Below the pieces are notes generated by a model. The model was given only the letters and a program-made list of their open reading frames with translations. It searched no databases and was not told where the DNA came from. A DNA stretch of 51,457 bases, the filler included, from Sphacelaria rigidula (Eukaryota): the NCBI GenBank assembly GCA_964200075.2. It is 4 parts of 4 records of this genome, joined end to end, with 100 filler letters (N's around TTAATTAATTAA, not from the genome) between each part and the next. Parts side by side here need not be neighbours in the genome. Positions count along the whole stretch, not along the records: positions 38,671 to 51,457 come from CAXNAA020003419.1; 3 more parts are not named here. One strand, given 5' to 3'. Both the position numbers and the translations under genes were made by a program. Below are positions 46,755-51,457 of this stretch, one piece after another. Numbering within the stretch: the stretch's first letter is position 1; each line of letters opens with the position of its first letter.

Positions 46755-48667
46755 ATGACACGACCCGCTGACTTACTGATGACCCGGGCCCGTCGACCGG
46801 AACCGTCATCCCGGCCCTGTCAACCCCGCGAGTATCATTCTCAAATCCTCACCCCGGGCTATCGCCATGCTCTTTCTTCACCCTGGGCGCTGGCACCCAG
46901 CGCCCATCGTGGACCCCTCCATTCATTGTCGGAAACTCCTGCCTCTGCAAAACCCGACAGCTCCAAGTTCACGTCCCGTACCCACACGTGCTGTACACCC
47001 TATACACCGAGTGAGAAGCTGTCATTTACACGCCTTCCGTCCCTGGTATAATGGACCTCATTCAACGTCCAGGAGTACTGTCTACATTGGTATCGACTGA
47101 AGCGGTTTAACCTCCGCTTCCACGCCATACCAGCTGACACTCGACTGGGCTCACGTCTAGCTGTACACTTGGAGCTCCTTAGCCCTTCGCGCATGTCAGT
47201 GGACCAACTCTTGTCTTGCGGTATAAATTTTGAACCCGTCGACACCATGCAAGGCAAAACTCGGAGGCAGAGGCCACCGCCGACAAGGTCACTACCACCA
47301 CTCCCACGTCTTCGTCCGCACCGGCTGCTGCTACTCCCACCGTTGAGACTGCTGCAACCCCGTGCATGTCCACTCCATCTACATTTCAAGATGAGGCTAT
47401 AGCTGCTATATGGTCAGCTATACGCGGCTAATACCGGCCACCCCTCAGCGGGAAAATCACCGAGCTTTCACGGGCGATGCAGAAACCGGCTTTGTCTCCG
47501 GCAACGCTATCTAGTAACGGGTGGTGCATCAAATGTAAATGCTGATGCACTCGCCGACCGTTTATCGTTCGTCATGTCCCCTGACGCACCCAAAAAAGTG
47601 CGTCATATTTCGCCATCCGACTTGGAGCACTATCCACGTGTAACCAATGCTACAAGTAGTACGGATCTTCCTACGATCCTAGTCAGCTATCGGCTTCAAG
47701 TCGAGGTTAATCGAAAGTACGTATGTCGTCGAGAGGATCCAACGCACGGGGATGAGCTCGCGTACGAGCAACTTAACCTTATTCTCGATAGGGGCTAGCC
47801 TTCAGTGTATAATCAACAGATAAAAAACCAGATTCGATCGAGAGTCCGATAAGGATTTCCCAGACGACGTACTGAGTAATGGCTCATTTACCTCACCCCA
47901 AACTTGAAAAACGTTATGGTCAGCCGTCCTGGACCAGTTGATGGTCGCAAATGGTGTGCAGAAATATGTCCCAAATCTGTGCAAATTCGTTAGTTACCAA
48001 CCGAGTCAGTCCAACTATACGTCACCCGTTTTCGCAATTGCTACAGCATTTTGCCATCGCTGAGCGAGACGGATGCAGCTTTTTTGCTCTCTGCGTATCA
48101 TTCAGCTGTTAGTACCGTCAGGCTATGTGGTGCTGGGGCGATAGCTACCCCCGCCACACCTTTGATACCTCGTGGTTGTCGGAGTGCTCAGTCACGGATC
48201 CCTGAATATTCTCGCTGCGCAGTAGGTGGTGGAAGAGGTTCGTGCGAGGGATGATCTCGCCGCTGCTGTTCCATGAGCGTTGTTCGTGTGTGCCAATGTG
48301 TGCTTGTCCTGCTCAGTTGGCTGTAGGGTTGTGGAGAGGAAATGTACTTAGACCTCACAGCGAGAAACCTAAACACCCATCCACACTCGCAAACGCTGCC
48401 CATATCACGTACAACTCCCCACCAAATACACGCCACGTGGTCCAGCTCGTCAGCAAGAGCTGCTCGTGTTGACCACATACATATACCGCTGTTGGCGCGA
48501 CAATTTTACAGTTTTCGTAAGGCGGAGAATCGCTACAGATCGTGGCTCATGCCCGAATCATTTGATGCGCGGCATATGCCTGGCAACGCCTTTTCTATGG
48601 AGACATTATCTCCACACCACAAACAATTATTTCGAACCCCGTCGAAGATGTTGTCTTTGTAGCGTCA
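46755..48667 (+). pseudogene. Second Gypsy-type gag relic related to 5916-6970
   Basis: LLQHFAIAE ~ RLSSFAVAS; SSSSARA ~ SSSSRAS; TPFLWRHYL...RRCCLCSVSSG ~ DPHLWNSLL...NSCINCSVQGH. Broken at the knuckle by a short repeat. Confidence 0.45.
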
Positions 48668-48783
48668 GTTCGGGCGCCCAGGGCGTTCACAGGGCGAACA
48701 AACGTCAGCTGCGTCTTACAATCAATTTTAGCGGGAAATATGACGATTCCAGATGACCCCCCCCTGGCGGTCAGAGGGCTAAA
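48668..48783. repeat. ~110-bp dispersed TIR-like repeat, relatives at ~36293-36412 and ~37287-37400
   Basis: Shares the CCCCTGGCGGTC end with the 36293 copy; the 36293 and 37287 copies share an AAGGG(G)AAATGA core. Confidence 0.4.
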
Positions 48784-51457
48784 ACTCCCCTGTCTCCAAA
48801 AGATATGGTATCATCGAGCTGTCCTTGTCTGAGTTGAATAATAAAATAGGGATAATAGAAGAAGTCGGCTCATACATTGGCCCTAGGCCAGCTCCCATGT
48901 AGTAGATAGTAAATATGTCCCTTGCGCGTGAGGCTATGAAGATGTGAGGCTAGTAAAGGGTTGAGTAAGGGCCAACAACGTGTAGTGTTTCTCAATAGTG
49001 GGTGGGTCTGTATGACCCATAATTTGCATCACGCTGTTCCCTAAATGAAGTATGGCACACTGTCCATGGCCGACGTGAAGCATGCCTGCTACGGTGATAC
49101 CGTCGCTTAGTCTGCTCATGAACCGCAACCCTGCCACCTCAGTCATATCTGCCGCGCACGCTTGAAAGTAAAGATCTTCGCAGTTATGCACCAGTAGGAT
49201 ATCACGAACGCGGAAATATCGGGTGGCGGCGCCTTTGGGCGCCAGGCGAGGGCGAAAGCCCGATCGTACTGTTTTGGACAGCGGCCTCTGTACCGTAGGT
49301 TATAGCCAGGAACAGTGATCTGGCGATCTCGGTACCAATTACCAATGGTACACTGTATCGCACAGATGCGATATTCCGATAATATCGGTAACGACACATA
49401 AGGTTACAGTCCTGTCGTTGGACCACGGGTCAGACATATGACACACTGGTCGAGAAAAAATACGGGGCCTTGCTCGGAATCGGCATTTGGGGAGTGATTA
49501 TACGGTATGGTTTTGGTTGTCGTGAATCCCACGTTACCACACTGTGTGGTTTCCCGAAAGCACGTCATACATGGTACGAGGCCGGACGACAGCGGAACGT
49601 ATCCCGTGAAATAGAATTATCGTGGTATATGAGGGAATCGGAAACGACGGTACCCTGTCGCGGACAGCCGCGGTAGTTGCAAGACTGCACTGTACATATG
49701 TGTCCCTGTACGTGCTCACATTCTCAGTGACTGGCTGTATTGCGATCCGGTAGTCATCATCCAGGCACAGCAAGAAACTCTGAAAACATGGCGTAAACCC
49801 AGCGCGGTACGAGAAGCAATAAAGCAAAAACAACGCATATGACGCGTTGCGAGAGACTCGAATCCCCATCTCACTTACTCACTAACACGATGTTTGGTTT
49901 ACCTCTGAGCCACCTTTCAGCATACTTTGGTGCCCATCCATTGTATTGATGATCATACTGTGGTGTTCATAGCTCATGGTACGTATGACACGGTACAAGG
50001 GGAACGCAGGACGGTATTTCACGGCAATTGCATCATGATTGACGACACCGTGGTGCGATGCGGTGCTGGAATTTTCTCGTTTGTGTGGAATTGCCGTCAA
50101 GTTCCATATACCGCAATAGACCGTAGTAAAAAACTCGTGACAGAGGTTTCCATGCAAGCCCTGAAAAAACAACAGGTGCAAAACACGCAACGGGTACCTG
50201 GTACGGTGCATTTTATGTACAGGTCGCTGCAGCTGAAGACCATGCTGTGCCCAGCAGGAGCAGTTCTAAATCTGATCGAAGTACATGAAGTATGCCATAT
50301 GTTTAGGTCCATCTGAGTAGAGCTTCGTGGTTCATAAAAGGCATGCTTTCTTCCTTGGCACCCCGTACTTGTGCAGGTCTATCTACGGTGCTGTACGGGT
50401 TTTGTTAGTTCCCCCCCAACGTATTGAGACCTAACCAAGGAGGGCAGTGCATGACCTCGCCAACACCTAGACTCCATGTTGAAGGAATATGAAAAAACTG
50501 TTTGAAATTTTGATCATTGAGTCAGGTGTTTCGACGAAGAATGAAGAGCTTGCATCGATTGTTACCCAATGCTGAGGTGAGGCTCGTGCAAGCGCAGCAC
50601 ATCGCAACCGATGGCAAGGCTGAGATGAATGAATGCATTACAACATCACAAGGAGATAAGGGCTGACTTCGATTTATCTCAATTTGTTCACCGCCTTTGA
50701 TGTGTGCAATTGTGGGAGGTTGTAGGGGATCCTTCGAACAGTTCGCGACTCCAGTGTTTCTGCTGGAGGGCACATTAGCACTGAACGTGAGCTGGATGTT
50801 GATGAAAAATCTACGAATGCAGAAATGTCTCTGGCATCGATTAGCGCCCAACTTTTTTTACCTTTTTACTGCCTGTAGCGGGATCTGCGGTGTCTTCTTA
50901 CAGCCTGTTGCTCTGAAGTTTTCAATGGATTGACACAGCTTCGTTTAGTGTCACGTATTTTCCCGCACGCGATCGTGCGCCTGGGCAAGGACGTGCCATA
51001 TTCGAATATACAGTACGAATTTGATCAGATATTCTCGAGCCGCGTTCAACTATTGTACACAACACCTCACCATGGATCTGCAGGAGCCAGATTCCATAGT
51101 TGTGGGCCTACTTCAAAAGTCTGTGAAAGGCTGCACGGTTCGAAATCTGAAATCAGTAGCCTCCGCCATCTTTCATACGTTTCAGCAAAAATTGGTGCTG
51201 CGGTTGTTTATGAAAATATGGCTCCGAAATAATTTGCAGACCGGGGCAGCCAGCTTTGGGATGTCCATTTCCATTCATTCGCCACAGGTAAAGCGCATCA
51301 TGCTGGAGCGCAATATATGCACCTTTTGATGGCTTCAATCCTCAGCTTTTCGATGATACTGCTCACACTTCGTCATAATCTCGTGGATTTTTTTTTTTTT
51401 TTCCTGTTCCTTTTTTTTCCCCTTAAAAGTTGTTTTGGTTTATTTTTTTTTTTGTTT

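Noticed and set aside
48342-48500. ATWSSSSARAARVDHI as a LINE endonuclease motif
   Set aside because: No other endonuclease or RT motifs nearby; the surrounding blocks fit Gag better.
51388-51457. T-rich tail as a terminator or retroposon poly(A)
   Set aside because: Low-complexity sequence at a contig end, probably low quality.

Overview
Repeat-rich eukaryotic DNA; a brown alga or related stramenopile is my inference from the long-intron gene architecture and the TE types, and is not proven. The window is four unlinked, size-sorted contigs (12,791, 12,790, 12,789 and 12,787 bp) joined by 100-nt N/TTAATTAATTAA/N spacers. Contig 1 (1-12791) is mostly a decayed minus-strand Ty3/Gypsy retrotransposon (long low-complexity N-terminus, Gag-CCHC, PR, RT, RNase H, truncated IN) hit by two MITEs. 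Contig 2 (12892-25681) holds the only clear host gene, six in-frame exons of a galactose-3-O-sulfotransferase-family protein on the minus strand. Its introns carry nested transposons and a (GAT/GAC)n tract. Contig 3 (25782-38570) has a Helitron Rep/helicase fossil, a probable hAT fossil, a ~500-bp foldback and several MITEs. Contig 4 (38671-51457) has a tRNA-like SINE head, a Copia-derived Gag-protease-only element with a coding minisatellite, a hAT fossil and a second Gypsy-type gag relic. The most novel-looking signal is a short repeat that always ends at a C/G homopolymer tract, is variably truncated at the other end and duplicates its flank (candidate C-tract-targeting retroposon). All homology calls are motif recognition by eye, not database searches.
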